A DNA stretch of 64,000 bases from Chrysomallon squamiferum (Eukaryota > Animalia > Mollusca): positions 26,846,001 to 26,910,000 of the forward strand of contig CM022670.1 in NCBI GenBank assembly GCA_012295275.1, in the 5' to 3' direction. The position numbers were made by a program, and so were the translations under genes. This document shows positions 12,728 through 24,985 of this stretch, one piece after another. Under the pieces are notes generated by a model. That model did no database searches, was not told where the DNA came from, and saw only the letters and a program-made list of their open reading frames with translations. Positions within the stretch are counted from its first letter, which is position 1. Each line of letters starts with the position of its first letter.

Positions 12728-14770
12728 TCACAAAGGACGATAATTCCAAGCAATAACCTGATCTAGAAATTTTTCAAGATCCTTAGGAAACCTCAAAACA
12801 TATTCATATTTTATTGTGAGATCAGGGAGTAGCAGTTTTAAAAGTGTATATATTTTTTGCTGATATTCTTCCAGGCAATCTTTTGGATCATTACACAGCT
12901 GCACTTCAGGTTTAAATATAGTAACTAATGAAAAATCAGAATTCAAGGACACCGCTGAAAGTTGTTTGCTGAGTTCCTCTGAGTCTATTTGATCTTCTTG
13001 CTCAGGAGATCTTTCTAATGTTCTTATTACCTCGTCAAGCATTTCTTCAAACCTGAGTGATTCAGGAGGCATCTGCATCAGAGCCAGCTCCATTCTTGGA
13101 AACAGATGTAAGAACAAAGTATGTAGTTTTTGCTGCAAACTGGACAAATTTAAAGCACTTTTAACAAACTTTTTCTGTTGCGGTGTCATTAAGGTTACAT
13201 CACATTTAAGATTTGAAGTTGATCCACTTGTGTATACTTGGGATCCCAAAGCATTTGATGTAGATATTGATCTTTTTCGTTTTTCACCTTTTAACCTGTG
13301 TCTTTTGGGAGAACTCATACAACAACCACAGATACGAGAACTGTTTCTGCGTGACTTAGGAGGGCTGCTATGTTTTGTTACTTGTGCTCTCTGCTGCAAC
13401 ATACTGTCATGAAAGGAATGATCAGGAGAAACAGTCTGTTCCTTATTCACTGTACCACTTTCACTGAGCCTCTCACTGCCAGATTCTACAGCTGAACCAT
13501 GGGTATATTCCACTTCTTTCCTTGAATGAACAATTCCAGACTGTCGCTTTGCTTTCCTCCTAAATGAATCCATTTCACTCATCAAACTGCTCTTTCTTCT
13601 AGAACCAATCTTCAATTTTGGAGGAGACTCAGTTGGAGTTACATTTTCACAAAAGTAAATAGGTGATTTTTTGTGTTGTGGACTTCTGTCACATTTGATT
13701 TTCAGAATGAGAGGTCTTTCTGAATCTCTTTGGCAGTCTAGTTTATAATGTTTAGTTACTGATGGCTCAGCTGTGTGTTCTGGTGATGTAGGTATGATGC
13801 GATGACTCACTGTATAACTGGGAGATTTTGATGGAGGCATGTAACATGAATGTGGTGATTCAACAAAATCAGAATCTGCATCATACGAGTTGGGACTAAG
13901 ATTCTTTCTTGCTGATTTCATTCTTCTATCAATATACACTGACTGCATGTTAAAACCAGCTCCAGAACCCTTTGAACACAAAAAAGGGAGATGATTTCCT
14001 TCTCCAGCACTGCTGAGAGGAGACTCTGACTGACTTGTTGGTGAAACGCTGGTCAGTTGAAATTCTTCCATAGAATGATAGCCATTACTCCGGCGTGACA
14101 TGTCATCATGTTCAGAATCAACAGCTACATCATCAACATAGCCAGCATCACTGACTGGTGAAACTTCAGTACTCTTTGTCACAAGCATTTCGTGGCCATC
14201 TGTGAATGATGACTTTTTTACCTGAGTTTTGTCATCTGAACTGTCTGAAACATATTTAACCAAACTATGTGATGAAAAACTGGTTGGAAATTTGGCATTT
14301 GTATGTTTTCTTGATACTTTTCTTTTAGTAAGTGGTCCACGTCTTTCCGTAGCCCTCACCAATCTGCCTTTGATAGCCACTGATTTATTCAAAAGAGATT
14401 TTGAGTTATTGCTTGCAGTCTGATGAAAGTATGAATGATTCAGCAATTTACTACTGCAACTAAAATATTTTCTTTTGATTGCCTGAGAGACAATGACAGA
14501 TTGTGATTTTATCTGCAACAGTTGCTTTGTGACTAGTTTGTCATCCTGAACATCCTTGGACTGACTAGATGCAGAAGATGGTCCAACACAATGTTCGGAG
14601 GGTACGTCAGTCTCCATATCAATGCCACTGTTATTGATTTTGTCCACTGGGCTGCTTTCACTTTCAGTCCCAACGTCGTCGTCAATCTCCACTGAAGGAG
14701 GAGCTGCCTTACTGAGCCAAGCTTCAAAAACACTTTCAAAAGCTGTCAATTTGTTAGATGGTTCATTCAT
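12728..14770 (-). CDS. Uncharacterised 680-aa Ser/Pro-rich, probably nuclear protein with a duplicated C-terminal helical module
   Basis: An uninterrupted 2043-nt ATG-to-TGA ORF in very AT-rich DNA. A splice acceptor (tttcag) lies upstream at 14918-14919. Basic NLS-like stretches (TKRKVSRK, KRHRLKGEKRKRS) and many SP sites. No family recognised with certainty. Confidence 0.85.
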   Translation of the reverse strand: MNEPSNKLTAFESVFEAWLSKAAPPSVEIDDDVGTESESSPVDKINNSGIDMETDVPSEHCVGPSSASSQSKDVQDDKLVTKQLLQIKSQSVIVSQAIKRKYFSCSSKLLNHSYFHQTASNNSKSLLNKSVAIKGRLVRATERRGPLTKRKVSRKHTNAKFPTSFSSHSLVKYVSDSSDDKTQVKKSSFTDGHEMLVTKSTEVSPVSDAGYVDDVAVDSEHDDMSRRSNGYHSMEEFQLTSVSPTSQSESPLSSAGEGNHLPFLCSKGSGAGFNMQSVYIDRRMKSARKNLSPNSYDADSDFVESPHSCYMPPSKSPSYTVSHRIIPTSPEHTAEPSVTKHYKLDCQRDSERPLILKIKCDRSPQHKKSPIYFCENVTPTESPPKLKIGSRRKSSLMSEMDSFRRKAKRQSGIVHSRKEVEYTHGSAVESGSERLSESGTVNKEQTVSPDHSFHDSMLQQRAQVTKHSSPPKSRRNSSRICGCCMSSPKRHRLKGEKRKRSISTSNALGSQVYTSGSTSNLKCDVTLMTPQQKKFVKSALNLSSLQQKLHTLFLHLFPRMELALMQMPPESLRFEEMLDEVIRTLERSPEQEDQIDSEELSKQLSAVSLNSDFSLVTIFKPEVQLCNDPKDCLEEYQQKIYTLLKLLLPDLTIKYEYVLRFPKDLEKFLDQVIAWNYRPL

Positions 14771-16679
14771 TTTGATTTTAAGTCAAATGGAAAACACAAA
14801 TGACTTCAGTTCAAATGCCAAGACAGAACAAATGCTGAGAAGAACAGTAAATTAACTTCTTCACTCTGTCACCGCCAAGGATTCTTTGGAAATCCATGGC
14901 AAGACTGGCAATTCCATCTGAAATGATCAGATAAACATGATCATTTATGAAATGCAGTATATGACCAGTGATTATTAAAAGCATATATTCACAAACTTTA
15001 TAATTTAAATCAATTTTAGTGTCATTTCTGGATAATTTTATATATATATATATATATTTATATATTTGTTTTTAAACTAATTTTATCCAAAAAAAACTAG
15101 GATCTGCCTAGTAATAATTAATGTGTGTAAAAAAATTATATAAATATAAATCAAACAAAAAAACAATACGAATTTGAAATGAACAATTAAATGAATGTTG
15201 TAACACCTTAATGCTTTTCCTATTTTAGAAAAGAAAGTTTATAACTAATATATATATATATCATGTATTACTTTCATTAAGCTAACCAACAATAAAAAAA
15301 ATTACCTAAATCATCTTTCACTTAATTTCATTTTTTGGTTTTTTCCCTGCATAGGTCTTCCAATTTGAAATTAACACTGCTGTAAAAAATTAAGAAACTT
15401 ATTATTACTGTAATTAAAACATTACAAGTTACCTACATGCATTTGAATAAAATGTTTCTGATCTGAAGATATAAGATTATTTATTCTAAGGCTTGATGTT
15501 CACACACACATATATATATTTAAAATTACATTATTGCTTTAAGTTCATTCATTAACAAATTATGAAAAAGCATAAATCAGACTGGAATATTATACCAAAA
15601 AAAAAAAAAAAGTCAATAAACCTGACATGATTTTGTTCTACTTTCAATCATTACCTTCTTAATAAAAATATATTACTGATTAAATGATCTGTTGCTATAA
15701 GCAAAAGACTTAATAAAAGAATTACTAATCATAAATGGTAACTACTAAGATAAAAGGTTTAAAGTTGGCAATGACTAAACAGCTGGAATGTCAAACAATT
15801 ATTTTTTTAAATGAATCCCTGCAATTGTTCAGCCGATTATCATTAGACTTTACAAGTGACAAAATGCTAATAAAATAGCAGAGAAAACTTTATGGCTGTA
15901 TAACTTTTGGCTGTACAAAATACAACTGCAAAATTAACACAAGGTTTGTTATTTATTTTCATCTATTACATTCAATAAGAAAACTAGAAACATGTTTTAT
16001 GTCTACTACATTCAGATACTGCATGCAAATGTAAATTCGAAATATGAAAATGCAGCCTACACTACCTATATGTAAATTATTAGTATTCCTGTAATCCATG
16101 ATTTAGTCATTCTCTCAATAGCATTCTATGATTTTCTTTGTGAAAACTACTGCATATATCAATTATACTGTTAATAATGTATTTATCTGAATGCTTACAG
16201 AGTCGAAATAATTAAATATAAAATTTAAAGTTATTAGGTAGTGAATTTAATATAAAAAAAAAAAAAATGGTTAGTTCCTAAGTTACAACAGATGCAAACT
16301 GAAACTAAGTTGAAGGATTAACAACACTGGTCAACATATATCAATGATCTGTTAAACTGAAAATAAAACCATGCATTTGTTTAGAAGACCAACTTAATTA
16401 AAGATGAATTTTAAAAAATACTTCATTAATGGCTACCGACAATCTGCTAGCCTTGAGTCTTGACAAATGTAATGTAAACACCTCAATGGCTCAAATCACC
16501 AAAAATATTTTCTTCAAACTGAGCAATAGCTATGCAAGACAACCATATTAATAACATATTCGTCGTGTCCAGATATATGTAAACAAACAACAAACCGAAA
16601 TTTAGTGCTTTAAAAAAAATAATATATAGTATCCGAAAACAAAATTTCACAAAATTTTCAACCTGATTCTGCAATTGCT

Positions 16680-16760
16680 TCTGGCGCGAACTGCCACCTG
16701 TCGGCAGAATTAACTTCCGTTTTTGTCTTTGACGTCATTTCCTTGTTATGGTAAACAGCA
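16680..16760. promoter_or_regulatory. Probable bidirectional promoter between the 680-aa gene and COA7
   Basis: A CpG patch with an E2F-like site TGGCGCGAA (16682-16690), ETS-like ACTTCCG (16713-16719) and a perfect CRE TGACGTCA (16730-16737), about 80-140 nt from the COA7 ATG. The two genes diverge from here. Confidence 0.55.
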
Positions 16761-16817
16761 CGTGTATAGAAAAAGCATAGGTCTTCATTTCGGAATATTT
16801 TGACATATACTTCAGAG

Positions 16818-18834
16818 ATGACGTATGACTTGAAAGATAAAGAACAAGTTAAAGAATTTCTGAAAAATCTTCACACTGAATACAGTTTTCAGTGTTACCA
16901 CGAAAAAAGCCCTGAAGGTTAGAATCACGGCAGCGGTTTGCATCAGATTTTAATGAAACAATGTTACAATCGTAACAATGTATACATGTCATTTGAGTGA
17001 TTGACTGGTTCAGCTGTTTTGACAGTTTACATTTTATTATTTATAATCTTAATGTTGTCAGATTAGTGTAGCATGTAAATATTTGTTTTAAAACCTTTGC
17101 TATAGATAAATGTTCAGATATGTTTCATAGCTTAACTTTTTGTTTACACCGATTTGAAATCATGAAAAATAGGTCATAGTGACCTCTGTTAAACAGAAAG
17201 TAATAAACATGTCACATTTGTTAAGTAAATTAAAGTTTTACTAATAGAAAAAAACTCCGAAATTTCGATGATGTTATCATCCTAAATTTTATGCTGCATT
17301 TCGGATTGAAATAGTTTTACAGTGGAGTAGAATGGTATGGCCATGTTGATGGTGTAACATACCAAATTGCATCAGAAGTTTTGAACAGAAAATGCTTGTC
17401 AAAAAGAACTTCAATCTCAGTAAAAGAAAATATACTTTTTGATACCAAGCATATAACATAATTTTAACATCGGTCGTGGGGGAATGTTATGCTGAATTTT
17501 TTTTTTTTTTTTTTTTTATTATTCTGTTTATTACTATTATTATGAAAAATCAGAGCTAGGGAGGTTGAAACATTTCGACAAGACAGTAAGTAATGGCAGT
17601 CATTGTAAGCCTCCAGACTGCTTTCAGTGCATTCATACATTACAGTTATTGTTAGCAAAGCTTGTCTTTTAAAAATAGTAACATTGTGTTAATTAACATT
17701 TTTTAATGGTTGTATGCACCATCACTTAAAACAAGATTGTACAGTGGTGATTCGTTATAGTATGAATGAATGCATTTAGTTCTCCTTTGTTGATATCTGT
17801 AAAAGTCAGGATGTTTATTAATTAATAAAAAATGTAGATGTATGAATAAAATAGCATTATTTTAATTCAAAACAGTCCTATTTGAATTATTTGTTTATTG
17901 TCAGTTAATATAAAATGATGAATATGTATTTCCTTTTTTAGGCTGTCACCGACTGGGAGATTATTTTGAAAGTGTAGTAAAGGAATATGAAAAAGCAGCT
18001 CAAGTCTTCAAAGCCAATTGTGATGACAGTAGTTATGGGTGGAGCTGTTATAAGATAGCTAACTATATGTTACATGATAAAAAATGTATGTTGTTTTATA
18101 ATAAATATTTGACAACAGCACTTAGAAAATATAATTTTACAGAATAATTTAATCAATAAATTATGTTTTAACAACAGGAATGCTTTTTAGACAGTTTGTT
18201 GATAGTTTTTAGAAATCCTTTCTGTAATAGACCTTTAAAGTTTTAAATTTATTAATTATTATTATTACGTTTTCTATATTTTTATAATAAAAGCATTCTT
18301 GAAACTCACAAAGATGTTTATCTCAAGTGATCAGATCAGATAATTTATATTTCTTCATTAATAATCAATTTTTTTTTTTTTTTTTTTTAAATTTCAGCTC
18401 AGAAAGAAAATAAAGAAAAAGAAATGGCACATTACTATGTCAAAGGATGTGAAAATGGTTATCTCCCTTCCTGTCACTATGCAGGGCTTTTATATGCCAC
18501 AGATAAAATGGGATCAGATAAAAATATAGAAAAAGCTTTGCATTATCTGGAAAAAGCTTGTGATCAGAAATATGTGGCTAGTTGTTACCATCTGAGTGCT
18601 ATGTTCATACGTGGAAGCAGAGACTATCCAAAAGATATGGCTAAGGCATTTCAGTATTCACTGAAGTCTTGTGAAATGGACCATATGTATGCCTGTTCTA
18701 ATGTCAGTCAGATGTACAAAAAAGGAGATGGTGTTGAAAAAAATGAAGAACTGTCAGAAAAATACAGAAAAAAGGCAAAGGAACTTTTGGATTTACAAAA
18801 GAAACCAGACAAACCCATAACATTCAGTGAATAA
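16818..18834 (+). CDS. COA7: Cytochrome c oxidase assembly factor 7 (Sel1-repeat protein), 226 aa
   Basis: Exons 16818-16917, 17942-18085 and 18398-18834 are phase-consistent (681 nt). N-terminus [38 protein letters not shown], followed by Cys-paired Sel1 repeats ([43 protein letters not shown]). Confidence 0.93.
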
Positions 18835-20029
18835 AATCAATTGAAACTAGAAAGTTTCTCATGTCATTATAACAGTGACTTTTATAATCTGACTTGGCTT
18901 TACTGATGCACTGTATAATTATAGCTTGATGAACTGTTTTTAATAAAACAAAGAAAAAGGAAATGTGTCTGTGATTCTTTAGTTTTATAGTCTTGAACAA
19001 TGAGAAATTATTTCAATTAGAATTTAAAAAAAAAGAAAAAAGGATTAAGATTCAGAAATGTGTATATGTATCCTAATGTAATTATGACACATAATCTTAT
19101 TATATATATATATTAAAAATAATATAAATTTAAACAAAAACTAATAATAATAAATAATAATAACAATAACAATAAATAATTTTTTTAAAATAATTTTAAA
19201 AAATCAATTATTTATTGTTATTGTGTAAGGGAAATAACTCCTTTCAGAAAGTTTTAAAACAACCTTATTTTTGTGTTCATGTTGTAGAATAATAATTAGT
19301 TTGAGAATAAACATTTAATACTGATGGTTGGACACACACAAACATTTGCTCAAAGTTACTTCTTTGTTGTTGTTTAACTGCTAGTTTAAATCTTAAAAGG
19401 TCATTTTTAAAACGATTTTGAGTTTTAAAATAATAAAAACTGTCATTCAAGAACTATTATAAAGCTGACATCATATCCCCTATATTTGTATACGTTGAAG
19501 AAATATTCTACTATTCTCAGCCTGACTTAGTTTCTATCGGCATAGACCTATATCTTTTCCCTGGTCCATTTTGAAACTTGATTCCTAGAAGTTAGTAACT
19601 TCGGTAATATCATTGCACATTTCATCTTCTAGCACGTTATTATGAGCTGAGGCAAATAAAGTTAGTTGTTATAGACCCCCTGGGATAATAGAAACTACAT
19701 GACTGGATTAAGTTTTCGAGATACTAAAAAAACCGAAGAATAATTTTAAACTATAAGAATAATAATTAATATAACGTTATATAATTTTCAAAAGTATAAA
19801 TTTTTAAACGAATGTTAAATTTTATTTAAAAAAAAAAAAAAAAAAAGATTTCATTACTTGCTGTGCATTTATTTAAGAATGAATTTTTTATATATATAAT
19901 ATATTGTATTTCTGCATGAATTTAAATCAAACTGGTTTTGGCGGTAAAAATAAAACAATGTTGTTTTTTGACACTACTTGTTTGGACAGTTGCCAAACAG
20001 TTCGGACTTACAAGTAATTATTTTAAAAA

Positions 20030-20105
20030 CTGCGATCTGGATTGGTTGTAACTACCCAATCAAATGATGTTTTATTTAGATTCCTTTTCCAGAGTATTTA
20101 AGTCA
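20030..20105 (+). promoter_or_regulatory. H2A.X promoter: two CCAAT boxes and a TATA-like element
   Basis: GATTGG at 20040-20045, CCAAT near 20057 and TATTTAA near 20095, about 80-140 nt upstream of the ATG. Confidence 0.55.
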
Positions 20106-20180
20106 AAACGCCCGGCATATTTCATCAGAGTTTAGCGCTTGTTTCCTGTTTGAGGTTTACGGATTATTTGAACTGTTAAA

Positions 20181-20603
20181 ATGTCTGGACGAGGGAAAGG
20201 CGGAAAAGTGAAAGCTAAGGCAAAAACACGTTCAAGTCGTGCTGGACTTCAGTTTCCAGTTGGTAGAATTCACAGGCTCTTGAGGAAAGGAAATTACTGT
20301 GAACGAATTGGAGGTGGTGCGCCAGTTTATCTTGCGGCCGTTCTAGAATATTTGGCGGCTGAGGTTTTGGAACTGGCGGGAAATGCCGCTAGAGACAATA
20401 AGAAGAGCAGAATCATTCCAAGACATCTGCAGCTTGCTATTCGTAACGACGAAGAATTGAACAAACTTTTATCAGGTGTAACGATTTCACAAGGTGGTGT
20501 GTTGCCCAATATCCAAGCTGTGCTTTTGCCGAAGAAAAGCGCCGCGGCCACAGCAGGTAGTGGCGGAAAGGGAAAGAAATCGTCCCAGTCACAGGAATAT
20601 TAA
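20181..20603 (+). CDS. H2AX: Histone H2A.X variant, 140 aa, intronless and solitary
   Basis: Canonical H2A fold ([26 protein letters not shown]) plus an extended tail ending SQSQEY, the ATM/ATR SQ(E/D)Y motif. No other histone genes nearby, no histone 3' stem-loop seen, and AATAAA near 20721 and 20869. Confidence 0.96.
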   Translation: MSGRGKGGKVKAKAKTRSSRAGLQFPVGRIHRLLRKGNYCERIGGGAPVYLAAVLEYLAAEVLELAGNAARDNKKSRIIPRHLQLAIRNDEELNKLLSGVTISQGGVLPNIQAVLLPKKSAAATAGSGGKGKKSSQSQEY

Positions 20604-23600
20604 ATACATTTTTTGTTTGTTTATTGGACAGTGTCTTTTTACATCGTGTCTAGTAACGAGTTGCTTCTTTGTGAAAAAAACTGGACAGTGTTAAAACAGT
20701 AAACAAACAATGACACGTTAAATAAATTCATGGATGAACTAAAGTGTGCTCAGTCGTATCGGTTGCTATCATTTCATTGTAAAACAAATCTTACTTATAA
20801 ATTTATGTTGATCATCACCTTAAGCAAGTTGCCTTAGAAATGTAAATCATTAAAGGTAATTTGTTTCAAATAAAAAATCTATTGTTTTAAGTTGTGAATT
20901 TTGTTTTTAATCTTTATTATCGCTATTTAATCAAGATTACTTCAGTTATGAGGTTTTCATAGTTACTATATAATAAAGTATATTATATGTAAAAAGATGT
21001 ATTATGTTTTCAGCTTGTAAATCAGTTTATTTTAAAAAGTATTGTAACAAAAAAAATGGAACAGCAAATTACAGAAATTTACGTTACATCATCAGAAGAT
21101 GCATATTAACAGTGGTAACACTAACACCTAACAAACAATGTGATGGCTAAAACAAAAAGGATTGTTTTGTTTAGAGGCATTTTATTCTTGACATACACCT
21201 ATTCCCTTAATTTAACTAGGAACTGTTGTTTTTATTTAGTAAGAAATTCTAATCCATTTGGTTCTTTTATTTATTATTTTACAAAAAAAAAAAAAAAAAC
21301 TTTTTTTTCTAGGTGTTATGGTGTTTTTATTTGTTTCAAAAATTTAAAAAAAAAGACGACTGCTCTGTACTTACAGATACATATTAATAAAGAGAAAAAA
21401 AAGGTTTTGTTGTTTATGTTTCAATGTAGATCATCCTTTTATCTTGGGGTAAATATCCGTAAGCAGTTTTGTGAAGTCGCATTTGTGAAAAAATTAATGA
21501 CTAGGTTAACTGAAAATTCAATCTTTCGGGTGCGAACTTTCTGCCATTAAGAATGTCAGGGACAATGGAATTACTTTAGAATATTTATCTGATTTCTGAG
21601 ATAACATACAGCACAAACATTGGTCTACTTTGGCTTGTGATCTACATGAGCAAATTCAACTTTGGTGTGTGATTTGCACGCTTATTTTAATTATTTGGTT
21701 TATTCTTGGGTTTTTTATTATTATTCATGGCATAAATTAAACAAATTATCCTTTTATTATGTATTTATAATTTATAGGAACAAGGGCTAAAAAGTATACA
21801 AATTTGAATAATTTTGTGGATGAATTGAGCCAGCTTCTGCAAGAAATGCAAGAAAAAGATCAGCATTCTTTCTCATCTGTAGCCAGTAGCAATAAGGTGT
21901 GATTGGAACGTTCTTTAGTTCACTCCTCTCATTTTTATCAAAATACCAATTTTCAGTTCCAACCAGGTTCTTTGAATATACTGAGTACTGGAAATTTAGA
22001 CAAATTGAAATTGGAGTATGCTGGCTATTTGTCAATCAATAAAACAAATTGTGTATCTAATCAAAATCAAAGCTTGCCTAGATGTGATGCTTTTATATAT
22101 ACATACATCATGCATTAATCTTTAAGGAATTTAAAATCTTTATCTTACAGAAATTTCAGAGATTTTTTTTTTTTTTTGCTGTGTAGCGCCCTTCAAGTTG
22201 ATCACACAAGAAAGTAGTTTCATGAAGTGTAGAGCACATGCCAAAGTAACAGCAACATTATATACCTAAGTAAAAGAAAACTTGTGCTTAGTGTTTTTAT
22301 AGATGCATAACTGCATCCTAACATTTTAGACAAATACCCTGAGACTATATTACTAGTGAATTACGCTGTTTTGTTCAAAAATAAGAAACATCAATGAAGT
22401 CTCATTTTTATTCATTTTAAGTGGTTCATGATTATGACAATTACAAAATTATTTCTGCCACACATATAACATAACAGCAGCTTTTTATTAATTATTAACA
22501 ATACTTTATTTCACTAAATGACAAATATCTAAACAAAATATTTCCATTCCATATTTAAAAATAGTGAAAATTTAAAAAAGTAATTCTACAGCTAATAACG
22601 CTTCTAATTTCATCCCTGATTCCATATTTCAAAAACTGTCAACTATTTTGTAATGTTTAATAATTGTTAAATCTTATTTTTCAAGACTTTACTATACAGG
22701 AATAAATTCTTTATGATTTCAGTGTCTGATACTTTAGATTTTAAATGGCTTTACATTATAAAATCTAAAATTACCTTGGCTAATAAATATTTATTTTATC
22801 CAGTATCTCATATGATTATGAATTCTTTACCAAACAGAATAGAAAATGTATCTTAATAACAATAAAGTTAATGTACAGTTAAAAAAGACATAAAATATTA
22901 AATAATGTGAGAAACAAGATAAAAAAGCTGTGCTCAAAGAATCAGATTAAAATGTATTGTATATCAATTTGGAACTTCAAAATCATAAACTATCTTATAA
23001 AATTGAAAATTTTCTCAAAAATTATGAAATTAACTGTAGCTTAATGTTTGCAGACAGTTAAATAAATTTAAGTAGTGACATTTCAAAAGCCAAACCACTG
23101 ACATGATAAAACAAACTCCATGACCAAAAATATTTACATATATAATCTATAGACTAATTATGAACGACAGCACCAGATTGTATGTCAATGAAAATTTGTT
23201 TATATAAAGTAGTCTAAATTTGTTCTCAACTGATATCATTAAATACCAATAAAACTGACTAATATAAAATCCCACAAAGAATGAAGAAAACATGAAAATT
23301 GTGTTTTCCCAGTCCACTTATCTGATTCTCCAGTGGTTATGAATATGATTCAGTATCAGAATTATTCATGATAAACAACGGTAACAAATACAAAAATTAA
23401 AGGGTTTTTATTTAGCGTAATTTTGTTATTTATCACCATGAACACTCAGTGAAAATATATTTTCATACCAAATGATTTCACTTCTAGAGCATGTATAAAG
23501 TTACAGATAATCCATTTGGAAATCAAGATCTCCCAAGTTACTGTCTTCTGTCTACTTGCATTTATTTGTACAATTCCTGAAGACTGATGCATGCTTTATG

Positions 23601-24985
23601 ACACTATCTAAGGGATATGAGCCGGTCTCAGACAGAGAGTATTTCTAGACGTTTAACAGTTTAAAAGAGCTCCTGTATTACGTATCACAGATTTTGGCAT
23701 GTGGTTTCACTTGTCTTTGGTAAACTCTATGTGACTTGACCAAACAAATTATTTAAGTATTTATTTAAACTGTTTAACCCTACATCTGTGTTACTACAAA
23801 TCACTATTCTAATTATTATTACAATAACAAATCAAAAGGACCAGCCTGTAGTCATAAACATTTTATGACAAATTCCAAAGTAACCAAAATTATTCCAAGA
23901 AATACCTACACCAATATAACAAACAAATCTGTACATTACCTTTTCAACTGCAACTGTGACATTTAAAATTATTTACCAAATTTATGGAAACCAGATATCT
24001 TAATCAATATATGTATATATATATACATACACACACAAACATTTTAACAAACATTTTATGGCTATATTTTATTTTTAGCAACAAAGCTTTGCATCAAGAA
24101 ACAAAAAAGTGACATGTATATACATAAATGTTTTTATTTTACGTGATGCTTGTTAAGTATTTAAGTTCTATATTAAGTAACTTGTATACAGTTGTAGTTT
24201 TTCAATGACTGTTTTAAAACACTAGCTGCGGTTCCAATAAATAGTGCAATCAATGATTCAAAATAAATAAGAAAATAGCATTACCATTTTTATTAATAAG
24301 GAATTTTCCAGAGACATGAAAAATAACTTCTGCCATCTTGCTAAATGTACTTTCCACATTTTATCTATAAATAAATTGCAAATCCCAGTGTTATTCAAAT
24401 TTTTCAAAAATATTAATGAATACATTGTTTTATCTAACAAAAGTTATAATGTCAGTTACATATATGAAATATGTCATGTCATCTCTTTATAAGGAAATGC
24501 AGAATCAGTGTAAATGTACTCTAAATTAGAATTCTCTAAATCTGAAGCATTCCATGGAATCATCAGAAATATGTCAAATGTCAATAAACTGGTACTTCTT
24601 AAATGCAAAATCCCACTTTCACTGTTTATGTGGAAAAAAACACAGCACACAAAACATGAAATAACACACATAAGTTATTAGTTATGGTGTCCAAAAATAA
24701 GGAAATCATTTTTAAAAAGAAATTTGTTAAAATGGATCTACTAACATCACAGGGAGCTTTGATTAAAAGGATTTCCATATTAAGAAAAATGAAATTACAC
24801 TTTTCATCTAAAATAATTTCAAGATTTTAAAGCATTCCTTCTGGGAAAATACTTTTTTAATGTGGAAAAGAAGCCATGGGTTAAAAGATGCTTTATAAAA
24901 TTAATTGTTTAAACATAAATACATAATTATACATCAAATTTCCCTGTAAATATAGTATATAACTTCACCTATACGCTTGTTATTA

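Noticed and set aside
13230-14855. Antisense and alternate-frame ORFs within the 680-aa gene
   Set aside because: Shadow ORFs of a long coding exon, most without an ATG start.
21140-21550. 136-aa ORF downstream of H2A.X
   Set aside because: It runs through poly-A and poly-T tracts, has an F/K-biased composition and no recognisable motif.
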